A model generated the notes under the pieces. The model did not search any database. It saw nothing but the letters and a program-made list of their open reading frames with translations, and was not told the DNA's origin. Both the position numbers and the translations under genes were made by a program. A DNA stretch of 64,000 nucleotides from Nitrospirota bacterium (GTDB lineage: Bacteria > Nitrospirota > UBA9217). The stretch spans positions 1,696,001 to 1,760,000 of the forward strand of contig CAWFSF010000006.1 of the NCBI GenBank assembly GCA_963818475.1. Reading direction: 5' to 3'. This document shows positions 41,660 through 52,670 of the stretch, one piece after another (position 1 is the first letter of the stretch; each line of letters begins with the position of its first letter).

Positions 41660-43566
41660 ATGAAATACATCATTCTCGGCACTGCCGGACATATCGACCA
41701 CGGGAAATCGACCCTGGTCAAGGCCCTTACCGGCACCGACCCCGACCGCTTAAAGGAGGAAAAGGAGCGCGGCATCACGCTCGATCTCGGGATTCGCGTC
41801 CCTGGACCTCCCCGGCGGCAACCGCCTCGGCATCGTGGACGTGCCGGGCCATGAAGGGCTCATCAAGAACATGCTTGCCGGCGTCGGCGGCATCGATATC
41901 GTCATGCTCGTGATCGCCGCCGATGAAGGCATCATGCCCCAGACGCGCGAGCACCTCGCCATCTGCGACCTCCTGCAGGTCAAAAAAGGCCTGATCGTCC
42001 TGACCAAGATGGACATGGTGGACAAGGACTGGCTCGCGCTGGTGCAGGACGATGTCCGCGCGTTCGTCAAAGGCACCTTCCTCGAAAAGTCCCCCATCGT
42101 CCCGGTCTCGTCCAAAGACCGGCGAGAACCTGCCGCTGCTCGTCCAGGAGCTGGCAAAGCTTTCGAACGAGGTATCGCCCAAATCATCGAACGGCATCCT
42201 GCGCCTGCCCATCGACCGCGTCTTTACCATGAAAGGCTTCGGCACGGTCATCACCGGCACCCTGCTTTCGGGCACGATCAGCACGGACCAGGAGGTGGAG
42301 ATCCTGCCCAAAGGGATACGCACAAAGGTCCGCGGCATCCAGTCCCATAATCAAGGCCGCACAGCGTTCCGTCGCCGGCCAGCGCACGGCGGTCAATCTC
42401 CAGGGCGTTGAGAAGGACCAGCTCTCGCGCGGGGACACGATCGTGAGCGCCGGGTTATTTCACGCCGACCAGAACGCTCGACGCAAAGCTCGACCTGCTC
42501 AAGCAGGCGCCGCGCGGGCTCAAGACCGGCTCCCGTATCCGTTTCTACAATACCACCCAGGAGGCCATCGGCAGGATCACCATCCTCGGGCAGAACACTC
42601 TTGCGCCGGGCGAAGAGGCCTATGTCCAGCTCCGGTTCGAACAACCCGTGATCGTGCAGCACGGCGACCGGTTCATCCTGCGTTTTTATTCGCCCATGGA
42701 GACCCTGGGCGGCGGCATGGTCCTGAACCCCCATCCCCGCAGGCACAAGCAGAAGACCATGGAGGAATCGCTCAAAAACCTCGCCGTCCTTGAAAAAGGC
42801 TCGCTCGACGAACGGCTTGCGCTCCTTATTTCCGGCCGCGGCCTTGCGGGCATGGAAGAGGCCGAGGTCATCGGCGCCGTCGCCGCGGACAAACCCGATA
42901 TCGCATCAGCGCTGGCCGTCGCTTTCCCAGAAGAAGACCGTGCTGCGCGTCGACAACCGTCTACGTCCATGCCTCCCATCTCGGCACGCTGGAGCAGAAG
43001 ATCGTCGACCTCGTGACTCAGTTCCACAAGGAGAACCCGCTCAAGCCCGGCCCGGACAAGGAAGAGCTCAAGGGCATGCTCCGCATGCGGATCAGCCCCA
43101 AAGTGCTGAACCTGGCCGTTGACGGGCTCGTGAAGAAAAAAAGCTCGAGGCCGATGCGTCGAAGCTGAGGCTCCCGGGATTCAAGGCCGCCAGCGGCAAG
43201 GTGAGCGACGAGGTCAAGAACAGGATCGTGGACGCCATCAAGAAAGGCGGCACCCAGCCCCCGGTGCGGGAAGAGCTCCCCGCCCTGTTCAGCATCAGCG
43301 AAAAGGACGCGAAGGACCTGCTCAAGCTCCTTGCCGACGAAGGCAGGACCGTCAGGATCAACGACTCGCTTCACCTGGACCGCGATATCGTCGAAACGAT
43401 CAAGGCCGATCTCAGGAAGTATCTTGAAGAAAAGAAAGAGATCACCATGGCCGAGTTCCGCGACATCGCCAAGACCTCGCGCAAGTTCGCGGTGCCCATC
43501 ATGGAATATTTCGACTCGCAGAAGCTGACCCAGCGGATCGGCGACAAGAGGGTGCTGCGGGGGTAA
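41660..43566 (+). CDS. selB: selenocysteine-specific elongation factor; frameshifts
   Basis: [23 protein letters not shown] and the C-terminal winged-helix [13 protein letters not shown]. Confidence 0.95.
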
Positions 43567-43706
43567 TCGCATACCCTGTTCCCCGTCACTGTTTTTCCAT
43601 GCGAAAGTAGGAACAGAAATGGTGCAAAGGCCCACCTGTGATACCTACCATGCGCCCAACATAAAGGACAAGGCCGGGAAGAACTGCACCCCCAGGAGAA
43701 CGATTC

Positions 43707-45488
43707 GTGGCAACCGTTAAAAAACCCTATGTCATAACCCGGGGAAAGGTCATCTTCGACTATTCCACCATTTACTGCGAGACGCCGGAAAAACTGCTCA
43801 GAAGCGAGCTCTTCCTGGAGATCGTCGACCGGTTCATCGAGCGCATCGCTTCACGGGGAAGCTCGCTCTTCGCGTTCCTGCGGGATGCCTGCCCGTCCAT
43901 GGAGCGGGGCAAAATGACGGCAAACCTGGCCAACGTGTTCAGACTGCTCGCGAGCCATACCGCTGAAGAGATCACCGCCATGAACAGCGAATGCGCGCCC
44001 ATTCTCGCGGACCAGGAAAAGCTCTTCGAGCTCATCGAGGAACTGTACAATTTCTGGCGGCGCTTCGAGCGGTTCATCTATCTGGAAGCTCCGCAGCGGT
44101 CCAAATACACCAAGCACAGCCTCCACCATGCCCAGTTCATCAAATCGAACGAAGAATTCAAGAACCTCGTGCTCTACGTATACCGCCGCATCAGCGAGAA
44201 CCTGAGCGGGAAGAACCCGCGCGTCTACCGCCAGCTGCCTGCGGGAGCAAACATGGGGATGCTGCTCGAACGGGTCGGATGGAACTGCCCGGCAGCGTAC
44301 ACGAACCTGCGGGATATTTCCTTTATCCGGCTCACCCTGATCGAGCCGCCGGTGATCCTCTACCCGGCCATGAACAAACGAAAGGGAAAATTCGAGGAGA
44401 TTCCGGACATCAAGGAAGGCATGCTCTCTCTGAACGCAGAAGAATGGTACTGCTATCCCGCCAAAGTCGGGGACCTGACCGCTTTTATTTACTTTCACCA
44501 CGATTTTATATCCCTGGCTCTTTCGATGTGCAATCTCTTCGAGATCGCGGACTACGAGGATATCGAAGGAAAAACTCCGGACATCATGATCGTCTTCGGC
44601 CTTGCAACCGACCTTCCGGGCGACACCCTCTTCTATGAGGATAAGGCCAACGAGATGCTCGTCGGCCTGGTCAGACATTCCGAGGAAGTGGACTACTTCG
44701 GCTATTTCAAGAAGATGACCCTGACGCTGCACAACATCGCCATGCTCAAGCGGGACCGCCTTCCTCTGCACGGCGCCATGGTCTGCATCAAACTGAAGGA
44801 TGGGGGATCGGCCAATGTCATTATCGTCGGCGACAGCGGCGCGGGAAAATCAGAGACCATCGAGGCCCTGCGCGCGCTTGCCGGTGAGCACATCTGCGAG
44901 ATGACGATCATCTTCGACGACATGGGATCGATCGGGCTTGACGCGGAAGGAAAGGTCGTGGGCTACGGGACAGAGATCGGCGCTTTTGTGCGGCTCGACG
45001 ATCTTCAGTCCGGCTATGCTTACGAGGAGATCGACCGAAGCATCTTCATGAATCCCGACAAGACCAATGCGCGCCTCATCATGCCAATCACGCGATACCA
45101 TCATATCGTTAAAGGCTATCCCGTGAACATGTTCCTCTATGCGAACAATTATGAGCAGGTGAATGACGACGTCCCTGCGATCGAGTTCTTTGGAACCCCC
45201 GAGGAAGCCCTCTCAACCTTCAGGAGTGCCGCCCGGCTTGCCAAGGGAACGACCGATGAAAAAGGACTGGTCCACACCTACTTCGCCAATCCCTTCGGCG
45301 CTCCGCAGCGCAAGGACCAGCACGAGAGGATCGCAAAACAGTATTTCGAACGTATGTTCAGGTCGGACGTCAAGGTTGGCCAGATCCGCACTCGCCTCGG
45401 CATCGGCGGCTTCGAGCATGCTGGGCCCAAAGAAGCCTCCATGGCGCTGTTCGCGGAAATACGCAAGTCCGGCGGCATGAAGAAATAA
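43707..45488 (+). CDS. PEP-carboxykinase-like P-loop protein
   Basis: YFGYFKK, LPLHGAM, GDSGAGKSE and IFDDMG resemble PEPCK metal and kinase-1a/2 motifs; atypical N-terminus. Confidence 0.65.
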   Translation: MATVKKPYVITRGKVIFDYSTIYCETPEKLLRSELFLEIVDRFIERIASRGSSLFAFLRDACPSMERGKMTANLANVFRLLASHTAEEITAMNSECAPILADQEKLFELIEELYNFWRRFERFIYLEAPQRSKYTKHSLHHAQFIKSNEEFKNLVLYVYRRISENLSGKNPRVYRQLPAGANMGMLLERVGWNCPAAYTNLRDISFIRLTLIEPPVILYPAMNKRKGKFEEIPDIKEGMLSLNAEEWYCYPAKVGDLTAFIYFHHDFISLALSMCNLFEIADYEDIEGKTPDIMIVFGLATDLPGDTLFYEDKANEMLVGLVRHSEEVDYFGYFKKMTLTLHNIAMLKRDRLPLHGAMVCIKLKDGGSANVIIVGDSGAGKSETIEALRALAGEHICEMTIIFDDMGSIGLDAEGKVVGYGTEIGAFVRLDDLQSGYAYEEIDRSIFMNPDKTNARLIMPITRYHHIVKGYPVNMFLYANNYEQVNDDVPAIEFFGTPEEALSTFRSAARLAKGTTDEKGLVHTYFANPFGAPQRKDQHERIAKQYFERMFRSDVKVGQIRTRLGIGGFEHAGPKEASMALFAEIRKSGGMKK

Positions 45489-45538
45489 GGCCTTTCGACA
45501 AACTTTACAGACTGTAATACTTGATAAAGCTAAGATCC

Positions 45539-45610
45539 ACCACAGAGACACAGAGAAAAGCAAAATACATTAATACATGGGTTTCCTCCGTGCCTCTGTG
45601 CCTCCGTGGT
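45539..45610. repeat. 9-mer-unit palindrome
   Basis: Right arm nearly identical to 2941-2970. Confidence 0.8.
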
Positions 45611-45660
45611 TAAATCCGACTTTTATGCTTTATCATGCTTTTCTTTTTTTGAGGAAAACA

Positions 45661-46260
45661 ATGAAAGACATCAGTACGCTCATAAACAATAACCGGGAAT
45701 GGGCCAAACAGGTCGAGCAAGAAACCCCGGGTTTCTTCAAGAAACTTTCACGACAGAACCCGAAATACTTATGGATCGGGTGCTCTGACAGCCGGGTCCC
45801 TGCGAACCAGATAACCGGTCTGCTGCCGGGCGAGGTATTCGTTCACCGGAACATATCCAACCAGGTCATTAACACCGACATGAACCTGATGTGCGTTCTG
45901 CAATACGCAATCGAAATACTAAAAGTGAAGCACATCATCGTATGCGGCCATTACGGCTGCGGCGGCATCACTGCTGTCATGAAAAACAAGACTTCGGGCC
46001 TCCTGGAGCATTGGCTGGGGAATGTAAAAGCAGCGATTCCAGCGCACAAAAAGATCACGCACAATAAAATGTGCGAATTGAACGTCATCAAACAGGTCGA
46101 CAACCTCTCCCACAACACGATCGTGCAAAAAGCATGGAAACAGAAGAGAAAGCTCTATATTCACGGCTGGATCTATTCTGTCTCCGACGGTTTGATAAGA
46201 GATCTGAAAATAATGCAAAAAGGCGCGTCCACCAAGGATGCAGCGAAGCCAAAGGGATGA
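45661..46260 (+). CDS. can: beta-class carbonic anhydrase
   Basis: GCSDSRVP, FVHRN and CGHYGCGG zinc ligands. Confidence 0.93.
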   Translation: MKDISTLINNNREWAKQVEQETPGFFKKLSRQNPKYLWIGCSDSRVPANQITGLLPGEVFVHRNISNQVINTDMNLMCVLQYAIEILKVKHIIVCGHYGCGGITAVMKNKTSGLLEHWLGNVKAAIPAHKKITHNKMCELNVIKQVDNLSHNTIVQKAWKQKRKLYIHGWIYSVSDGLIRDLKIMQKGASTKDAAKPKG

Positions 46261-46333
46261 GCGAATTATTTTAGCCGGTCGTTTCCTGCGGTGATGCCAT
46301 TATCATGCAGCACGAAATTCGGAGGGCACTGTC

Positions 46334-47035
46334 TTGCAGAACATGAGACGGCACAAACGATATCGGCTCGATCTTATTGAGGTGAACGGCCAGATAAGCC
46401 TGACCGACAAAGTGGAGATACTCGACATCAGTCTCGGCGGGATCGCCCTGAAAGTGGACCGTCGGCTGAATATCGGCAGAGAATATCTGCTGAAGCTGCG
46501 GGAAAAAGATAAAACGCTCGACGTAAGATGCATTGTCGCCCGCGCGGAATTGAGCGGCATTGAGCAGCGGGCCACCGGCGAAAGTGTCTCGATCTACACA
46601 ACAGGCATGATATTCAAGGAGGGTTCGACCGACAGGATCGCCGACTTTCTCAAGCCAATAGAACAGCACAAGAGAATGAAGAAGGTGGACGACGCCGACC
46701 GGCGGGTTGACGTCAGGTTCCTGCTCGGCGGCCCCAGGGACACGATGTTGAGCTATCCGGCTGAGTTCACCGTAAAGACGATCAGCCTGTGCGGCATGCT
46801 CATCCGGACAGAGCAGGCCCTGGCAATAGAAAGCAGGATCCCCATGGCATTGTCTCTCGATGCCGAAAATCCGGTTCGATTCATCGGAAGGATCGCTGCC
46901 TGCCAAAGGAACGATGATCAGGGGGGCAAACGTTACGACATAGGGGTCGAGTTCACCAACCTGACGGACCGGGACATCACCTTGTTGAAGACCTTCATAG
47001 ACTTCCTTGCAGACACAGATATAAAGAACACATAA
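46334..47035 (+). CDS. tandem PilZ-domain protein
   Basis: RRHKR...DISLGG and RRVDVR...TISLCG. Confidence 0.85.
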   Translation: MQNMRRHKRYRLDLIEVNGQISLTDKVEILDISLGGIALKVDRRLNIGREYLLKLREKDKTLDVRCIVARAELSGIEQRATGESVSIYTTGMIFKEGSTDRIADFLKPIEQHKRMKKVDDADRRVDVRFLLGGPRDTMLSYPAEFTVKTISLCGMLIRTEQALAIESRIPMALSLDAENPVRFIGRIAACQRNDDQGGKRYDIGVEFTNLTDRDITLLKTFIDFLADTDIKNT

Positions 47036-47147
47036 CAGAACGTCCTTGCAGCGGACTGCTAGATTATCGCTCCCTGTACCTCTCAGCCGCTTCAGCTTCC
47101 GATTTTCCCGGTTGTGACAATTCATCAAACTATGCTATTATAATTCC

Positions 47148-49141
47148 ATGCACGAGCAAGAGATCACCATACTCCGCGAGCTCATTATCATCCTCGCGGC
47201 CTCTCTTCCCATCACCTACCTCTTCCACCGGGCTAAGCTGCCGGCGCTTGTGGGATTCCTGATAACGGGCGTGCTCATCGGCCCCTACGGCACGGCAATC
47301 ATCACCGAGATCCAGGTGATCGAACGGCTGGCCGAGGTCGGCGTGGTCCTGCTATTGTTCACGGTAGGCATCGAGTTTTCCATCGCGGACATCGCGCAAT
47401 CGGGACGCCAACTCCTTATCGGCGGCAGTTCCCAGGTGGTCCTGACCATCGCCGTGATCATGGGCATCGCACTCTCGCTCGGCTACCCGCTCCCCCAGAC
47501 CGTTTTCTTCGGGTTCCTCGCATCGCTCAGCAGCACGGCCATCGTGCTCAAGATCTACTCGGACCGCGCTGAGCTCGACACCACCCACGGCAGGCTTTCC
47601 ACGGGCATCCTGCTGTTCCAGGACATCGCCGTCGTTCCCATGATGCTGCTGCTGCCGGTCCTGGGAGAGGCCGGCACGGCCGGGTCGGTCTCGCTGCTTT
47701 CGATCGCCGCCACGCTGGGCAAGGCAGTGATCGGTCTGGTCGTCGTCTTCATCGCGGCGCGCCAGGTCGTCCCCTTTCTCCTGCACCAGGTGATCCGCCT
47801 GAAGAACCGGGAGATCTTTTTCCTGCTCATCGTGCTCATCTGCCTGGGTACTGCCTGGATCACCTACAGCCTCGGCCTGTCCCTGGCGCTCGGCGCGTTC
47901 CTTGCCGGCCTTATCATCTCTGAATCGGAATACAGCCATCACATCGTGTCGGAGATCATGCCATTCCGCGATTACTTCGCGAGCATCTTCTTTATCTCCA
48001 TCGGCATGCTGCTCCATACCGGTCATTTCCTGGCGCACTGGCCCATGGTCATCATGCTCACCCTGCTGCTGATGCTCGTCAAGTCGGGCATTGTCGTCGC
48101 TACGGCCCGGGCGCTGCGCTACCCGATCCGAAGCGCGCTGCTGGCCGGGCTGGGGCTGGCGCAGATCGGCGAATTCTCGTTCCTGCTGGCGCAGCAGGGG
48201 CTCGACCGCGGCCTCATGGGCCAGGACGTGTTCCAGATGTTCATCAGCACATCGATCCTGAGCATGCTCGCCACACCGTTCCTGATGCAGGCCGGCCCCT
48301 GGTTCACGGCACGGCTTCCGGAACTGGCGCCTGCGGCCGCAAGCAAGAACAATGTCTGTACGACTCAAGGGACATACGGTCATCGCCGGCTACGGTCTGA
48401 ACGGCATGAACCTTGCCAAAACGCTGAAGGCGACGCACATTCCCTACGTGGTCCTGGAGGTCAACGCTGACACCATCCGGAGGGCACGGGACGACGGGCG
48501 AGCCCATCATCTACGGCGACATCACCCGAAAGGACGTGCTCGTACGCGCAGGAGTGGAGTGCGCCAAGGTCATGGTCTTTGCCGTCTCCGATTTTGCCGC
48601 GACCCGCATCGCCGTGCGCACGGTGCGCGAACTGAACCCGTCGATCTTCATCCTGATCCGCACCCGCTATGCCGCCGATGTGGATGAACTGTACAAGCTC
48701 GGCGCGGACCAGGTGATCCCCGAGGAGTTCGAGACATCGATCGAGATCTTCTCGCGCGTCCTCCATCAGTACCACGTCCCCGGCAACATCATCGCGAACC
48801 AGATCCAGCTGGTGCGCTTCGAAGGTTATAAGATGCTGCGCGGCATCTCTCTGGATCAGGAGAACCTCAGCCGCGTGGCGGCGCTCTTTGCCGGCGCGAC
48901 TGTGGACAATATCCAGCTCCAGTCCGGATCGCCGGCCATCGGCAAAACGCTGAAGGACCTTGACATCCGTCGCGCCACCGGCGCCACGGTCATCGCCGTG
49001 GTCAGGAACGGCGAGGCAGCAACCAATCCCGGCCCGGATTATACGCTCCAATCCGATGACATTCTGGTGCTGCTCGGCGCGCACCGCGACCTGGACGAGG
49101 CTGCGGGCCTGTTGACGCTGCGCGGGCAGGTGGATGGATGA
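47148..49141 (+). CDS. CPA2-family (Kef-like) cation/H+ antiporter with TrkA-N and TrkA-C domains; frameshifts at about 48360-48500
   Basis: LSSTAIV, GILLFQD, LGAFLAG, LAQIGEFSF, IAGYG and GADQVIPEEFE motifs. Confidence 0.9.
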
Positions 49142-49157
49142 GGGAAAGAGAGAACAT

Positions 49158-49565
49158 ATGGGGTTCATAACATGGAATGACCATTATTCGGTCAATGTAC
49201 CGGAGATAGACGATCAGCACAAAAAACTGATCGCCCTGGCCAACCAGTTGTACGACGCCATGCGCGCGGGCAAAGGACGGGACGTGCTCGGCCCCGTATT
49301 GACCGAGCTCGTAGAGTACACGACCTATCATTTCGAATCCGAAGAGCGACTCATGCTGCAGCACGATTACCCGGAGCACGACGAGCATAAGGAACAGCAC
49401 GATTCGCTGGCAGAGAAGGCAAGGCAGTTCAGGGATGACTTCAGACAGGGAAAGGGATCCCGCGCCATGGATGTCATGCTTTTTCTGAGCAACTGGCTGG
49501 ATGTCCACATTCTCGAAGTGGACAAGCGCTATGCGTTGTTCCTGAGCGACAAAGGCGTTTCCTGA
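49158..49565 (+). CDS. bacteriohemerythrin
   Basis: IDDQH, HFESEE, HKEQH and WLDVHILEVD iron ligands. Confidence 0.92.
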   Translation: MGFITWNDHYSVNVPEIDDQHKKLIALANQLYDAMRAGKGRDVLGPVLTELVEYTTYHFESEERLMLQHDYPEHDEHKEQHDSLAEKARQFRDDFRQGKGSRAMDVMLFLSNWLDVHILEVDKRYALFLSDKGVS

Positions 49566-49589
49566 TCTTTCACGGTAAAACGCTTCGAC

Positions 49590-49934
49590 CTACTGGTGTA
49601 TTTCTTTGCACATCTTCAGTTTTTCGCAAGCCAGGGCGCTTCCCGAACCTTTGGGGCACAGATTGCCTGTCGGCAAACCGCAATTGAGCGGCCCGAAATC
49701 CCCGACCGCAAAGGAATAGATACAGCAGTTCACCCGTTCCCCCGATGGATCCTTACCAAGGCAGCATTCCTGCTTTTCCCCGCAGTCCTCAAAAGCGCCC
49801 AATTGCGCTTCCTCGGCCTGCCCGCACGCAGCCCGACAGGTACCGTTCAACATGGAACAATTTTCCCCTGCCATGGTGAAAGATGAAGTGAATAGAATAA
49901 CGATGAAAATGGCGATTGAGGATATATGTGGCAT
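49590..49934 (-). CDS. small secreted Cys-rich protein (114 aa, 12 Cys)
   Basis: Signal peptide, then C-x6-C-x3-C-x13-C-x5-CC and a second six-Cys segment. Confidence 0.7.
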   Translation of the reverse strand: MPHISSIAIFIVILFTSSFTMAGENCSMLNGTCRAACGQAEEAQLGAFEDCGEKQECCLGKDPSGERVNCCIYSFAVGDFGPLNCGLPTGNLCPKGSGSALACEKLKMCKEIHQ

Positions 49935-49977
49935 TCTGTCACCGGTCGGTTTTGTTAAGTGTACTGCTTCCTTTATT

Positions 49978-50036
49978 GATGAACACGCGGCTAAGACGCG
50001 CGTTTCTGCGCGTCGGACTTGAGCCGCAGGTTGGAA
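49978..50036 (-). other. integron attC-like site
   Basis: Minus strand TTCCAAC...GACGCGCAGAAACGCGCGTC...GTTCATC, 59 bp imperfect palindrome. Confidence 0.72.
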
Positions 50037-50521
50037 CATTGGGTAGCGTTTCGCTTGACACCGTCGATGGTGTTTTTTTCTAAAATATCAAGACGATATT
50101 CAATTGCATTGGCTATGCAGTGACGTACGCGAGAATGCTGAATATCTTGAGAATTTCTTATGAAAGAAATAACGTCTCTAAGCGATTCCTTTTTATCTTT
50201 GTTTGATCTTTGTGCCTTTATGGCTAGAGCCTCAAAAATGTCGGCGGCTAATAATTCACCGAATTGAAACTCAGAATAATATAAACTTTGGGGACGCCAA
50301 ATTGCCAGAACAACGACGATTAGTAACACGAGGAAAATAAATGCTATACCGGCAAAAAGCATTGCACCTTTAAGTTCTGAGGGTGCAGATACTAATCCGA
50401 TCAATAGAACAGACTCGGAGATTGTTAAGATGAAGGCAAGCAGATTGAACGGAGACCTGATCGCGTCAATCAATTTAATTTGCCAGAATCCATTTTTTTG
50501 ATATTTTGATTTACGAAGCAT
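49991..50521 (-). CDS. hypothetical two-TM membrane protein (cassette gene; start uncertain, ORF open to 50650)
   Basis: Low GC; two hydrophobic segments; 3' end reads into the attC-like site. Confidence 0.6.
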   Translation of the reverse strand: MLRKSKYQKNGFWQIKLIDAIRSPFNLLAFILTISESVLLIGLVSAPSELKGAMLFAGIAFIFLVLLIVVVLAIWRPQSLYYSEFQFGELLAADIFEALAIKAQRSNKDKKESLRDVISFIRNSQDIQHSRVRHCIANAIEYRLDILEKNTIDGVKRNATQCSNLRLKSDAQKRAS

Positions 50522-51032
50522 AATTAACTTATTTATAAAGCATACTGAAATATTTTCAATTGGTGTTTGCAGATCAGCTGCTCTAGGAATTAGCTCATAG
50601 AGATCATGTAATATTGGATTTATAATCACCTCAATTGCTTTTTTAATCAATTCGACTTTTTATTCTCATGCTCTCTTGAGAATCCGCAGGCGTAATACCC
50701 ATATGTTTTTATAAAGAATTTTACAACTAATATCGCTTCAAAAACAAAGGGCTTTATTAACCCGCCACCCATGAAAGGAACTTCAATCTTGTTTTAAAAC
50801 ATTCACCTGCAGTTTAAGAGACTTATAAAAAAGCGTTTGTTGGGACAAAATTGGAATCATTTAGGATTTTTTTGTGGAAAAATATTAAGTGTAAGTATCT
50901 GTAAAAAAAGAGGTCGCATTTGCGCGAGTAACCATATGAACGTCATGTGAAGTATTTAGATCGGCATGGGAAGTCGTCGGAGACGAATAAAACATTTTAA
51001 ATCGCCGTATTTGAAAAATATTATGATCAAGG

Positions 51033-51638
51033 TTAATTCAATATCTTTTCTTTTTCGAATCTCATGTAACGTTTTAGTTCTCTCGGTGGTATGCGAAGAT
51101 ATTTTACTTTGGCAAGAGTAAATAAAACGCTCGCAGTGATCGGAGCGTCTTTCTTCAGTGATTTATTGGATGAACGACCTCGGTTTATGCGATCGTAGAT
51201 TAACGTAGCGAACCAATGATTAAGCTCTGGCATGAAAGCAATTTCTTTTTTTCTATCAACTGGCATTTTAGGAAATCTTTTTAGCCATTTTTTAAACGTC
51301 TTAACATGAATTCCAAAATAACGTGCGATATTTCCAATGCCGAGCAAGTAGAATTCATTTATTAAATGAATATCTTTTTTGTACATAAACATCCGCCTGT
51401 TCTTATGATGAACAGGCAAATTATACTTTCTAGACAATCTGTACAGTCGTTTTCTATTTGCATCATGATTATCTGCCCTGCTACTAATATTCAATGCTGT
51501 GCATATCTCTTTACAGCCTACTACAATTCCTTCGCTTTTGTCTTTCGCCGCATGTTTGTCACGCATAAAATAACGAGATAGATCAAACAACACTTGTTCC
51601 AGCCGGTCGTCATTCTTTATGCAAAGATATTTTGTCAT
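51033..51638 (-). CDS. basic protein with two putative HTH (excisionase/MerR-like) segments
   Basis: GCKEICTALNIS...LYRL..KYNLPV and GIGNIARYFGIHVKTFKKW...MPV. Confidence 0.6.
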   Translation of the reverse strand: MTKYLCIKNDDRLEQVLFDLSRYFMRDKHAAKDKSEGIVVGCKEICTALNISSRADNHDANRKRLYRLSRKYNLPVHHKNRRMFMYKKDIHLINEFYLLGIGNIARYFGIHVKTFKKWLKRFPKMPVDRKKEIAFMPELNHWFATLIYDRINRGRSSNKSLKKDAPITASVLFTLAKVKYLRIPPRELKRYMRFEKEKILN

Positions 51639-51647
51639 ATAGGCTTA

Positions 51648-51707
51648 GTTCAACACGCCGGTCACGCGCCGCCGTCTGGCGCGTCGCTGTGGACTGGCTC
51701 GTTGGTC
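51648..51707 (-). other. integron attC-like site
   Basis: Minus strand GACCAAC...GTTGAAC, 60 bp, 2 nt after the upstream gene's stop. Confidence 0.78.
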
Positions 51708-51709
51708 TA

Positions 51710-52525
51710 TCATTGTTGTTTTCTGCTGTTTTCTTCCGAAGAGTCTTCATTCCCCACGCCGAGTTGCAGAGCCATTCTCCGGCCACTATGTGTTAGTTCA
51801 TATTTCTGCATACGCATCTCCTGATTATAATTTCGAACCACTAAATTCTTTGCGACAAGCTCACCTAAAATGAATTCCGAGACAACTTTTGAGCAGCCAA
51901 ATTTCTTAGTTAAGCCTTGCATGATGGTTGATTCGTAACTTTCAGATGAATTCTTGAATAAGCCAAAGAAGTATATTACTTCATTTTTGTATTTCTGCAA
52001 TTCGGTTAGTTCCACAAGAAACAAACTGTGTTCATTTGGCACATATTGAGGTTTCTCTTTGTTGAGAGCCGTATAAATGTCGCGAATTCTCTCGATTTCT
52101 GCATCTCTCTTTGTAATTTCCTCCTGATGTTCCTTTGTCATTCTGTACATTTCGCTTCTAATCATTGTCGCTTCTTCTCTTGTTAGTGGTTCTTCATCTT
52201 CGATTCTTTGCCTGGCTTCCTTTAAATCCTTCTGTCGCGCTCGCCAAAATTCGTACACCTTCTTCGCAGGATATGGATAGACATAAATAAAGAATGCAGT
52301 GGTCATGAGAGGATATGCCATCCCTTTGAGCAATGCTATCTTTTGGCTTGGAAAGATGATTGCATCAATCAAATTGAATTTATCACTAACTGGTATCGTC
52401 GAAAAGATTATAATGAGAAAGCGATAATTCCAAAGACACCATGAAAGAACGAAGGTACCCAACAGAGGGCTCGATATGCGTTCGTATAGCATAGCCTTTA
52501 TTGTCTTCATCGTATCTTCAAACAT
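51710..52525 (-). CDS. hypothetical membrane-anchored coiled-coil protein (cassette gene)
   Basis: ERISSPLLGTFVLSW..WNY N-terminal TM pair; GGAGGAG RBS; bounded by two attC-like sites. Confidence 0.8.
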   Translation of the reverse strand: MFEDTMKTIKAMLYERISSPLLGTFVLSWCLWNYRFLIIIFSTIPVSDKFNLIDAIIFPSQKIALLKGMAYPLMTTAFFIYVYPYPAKKVYEFWRARQKDLKEARQRIEDEEPLTREEATMIRSEMYRMTKEHQEEITKRDAEIERIRDIYTALNKEKPQYVPNEHSLFLVELTELQKYKNEVIYFFGLFKNSSESYESTIMQGLTKKFGCSKVVSEFILGELVAKNLVVRNYNQEMRMQKYELTHSGRRMALQLGVGNEDSSEENSRKQQ

Positions 52526-52560
52526 TGGCTTACTCCTCCAGATTTTATTATCCTATATAA

Positions 52561-52618
52561 ATCTAACGCGCGCGTGAGCCGCGAGTTTTTCGCGGCGGAC
52601 TCGACGCGCTGGTTGAGA
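52561..52618 (-). other. integron attC-like site
   Basis: Minus strand TCTCAAC...CCGCGAAAAACTCGCGG...GTTAGAT, 58 bp. Confidence 0.8.
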
Positions 52619-52670
52619 TCATCGTGACAGATTCCGTCGTGATCTCTCCGGACTTAGATACTTTTTGATC

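Noticed and set aside
32767-43566. Mass pseudogenisation or programmed frameshifting of glnE, rnr, the phosphoesterase, selA and selB
   Set aside because: All motifs are intact across frames and the breaks are scattered single-base indels, also seen in many other genes. Uncorrected long-read error is the simplest explanation; read mapping would settle it.
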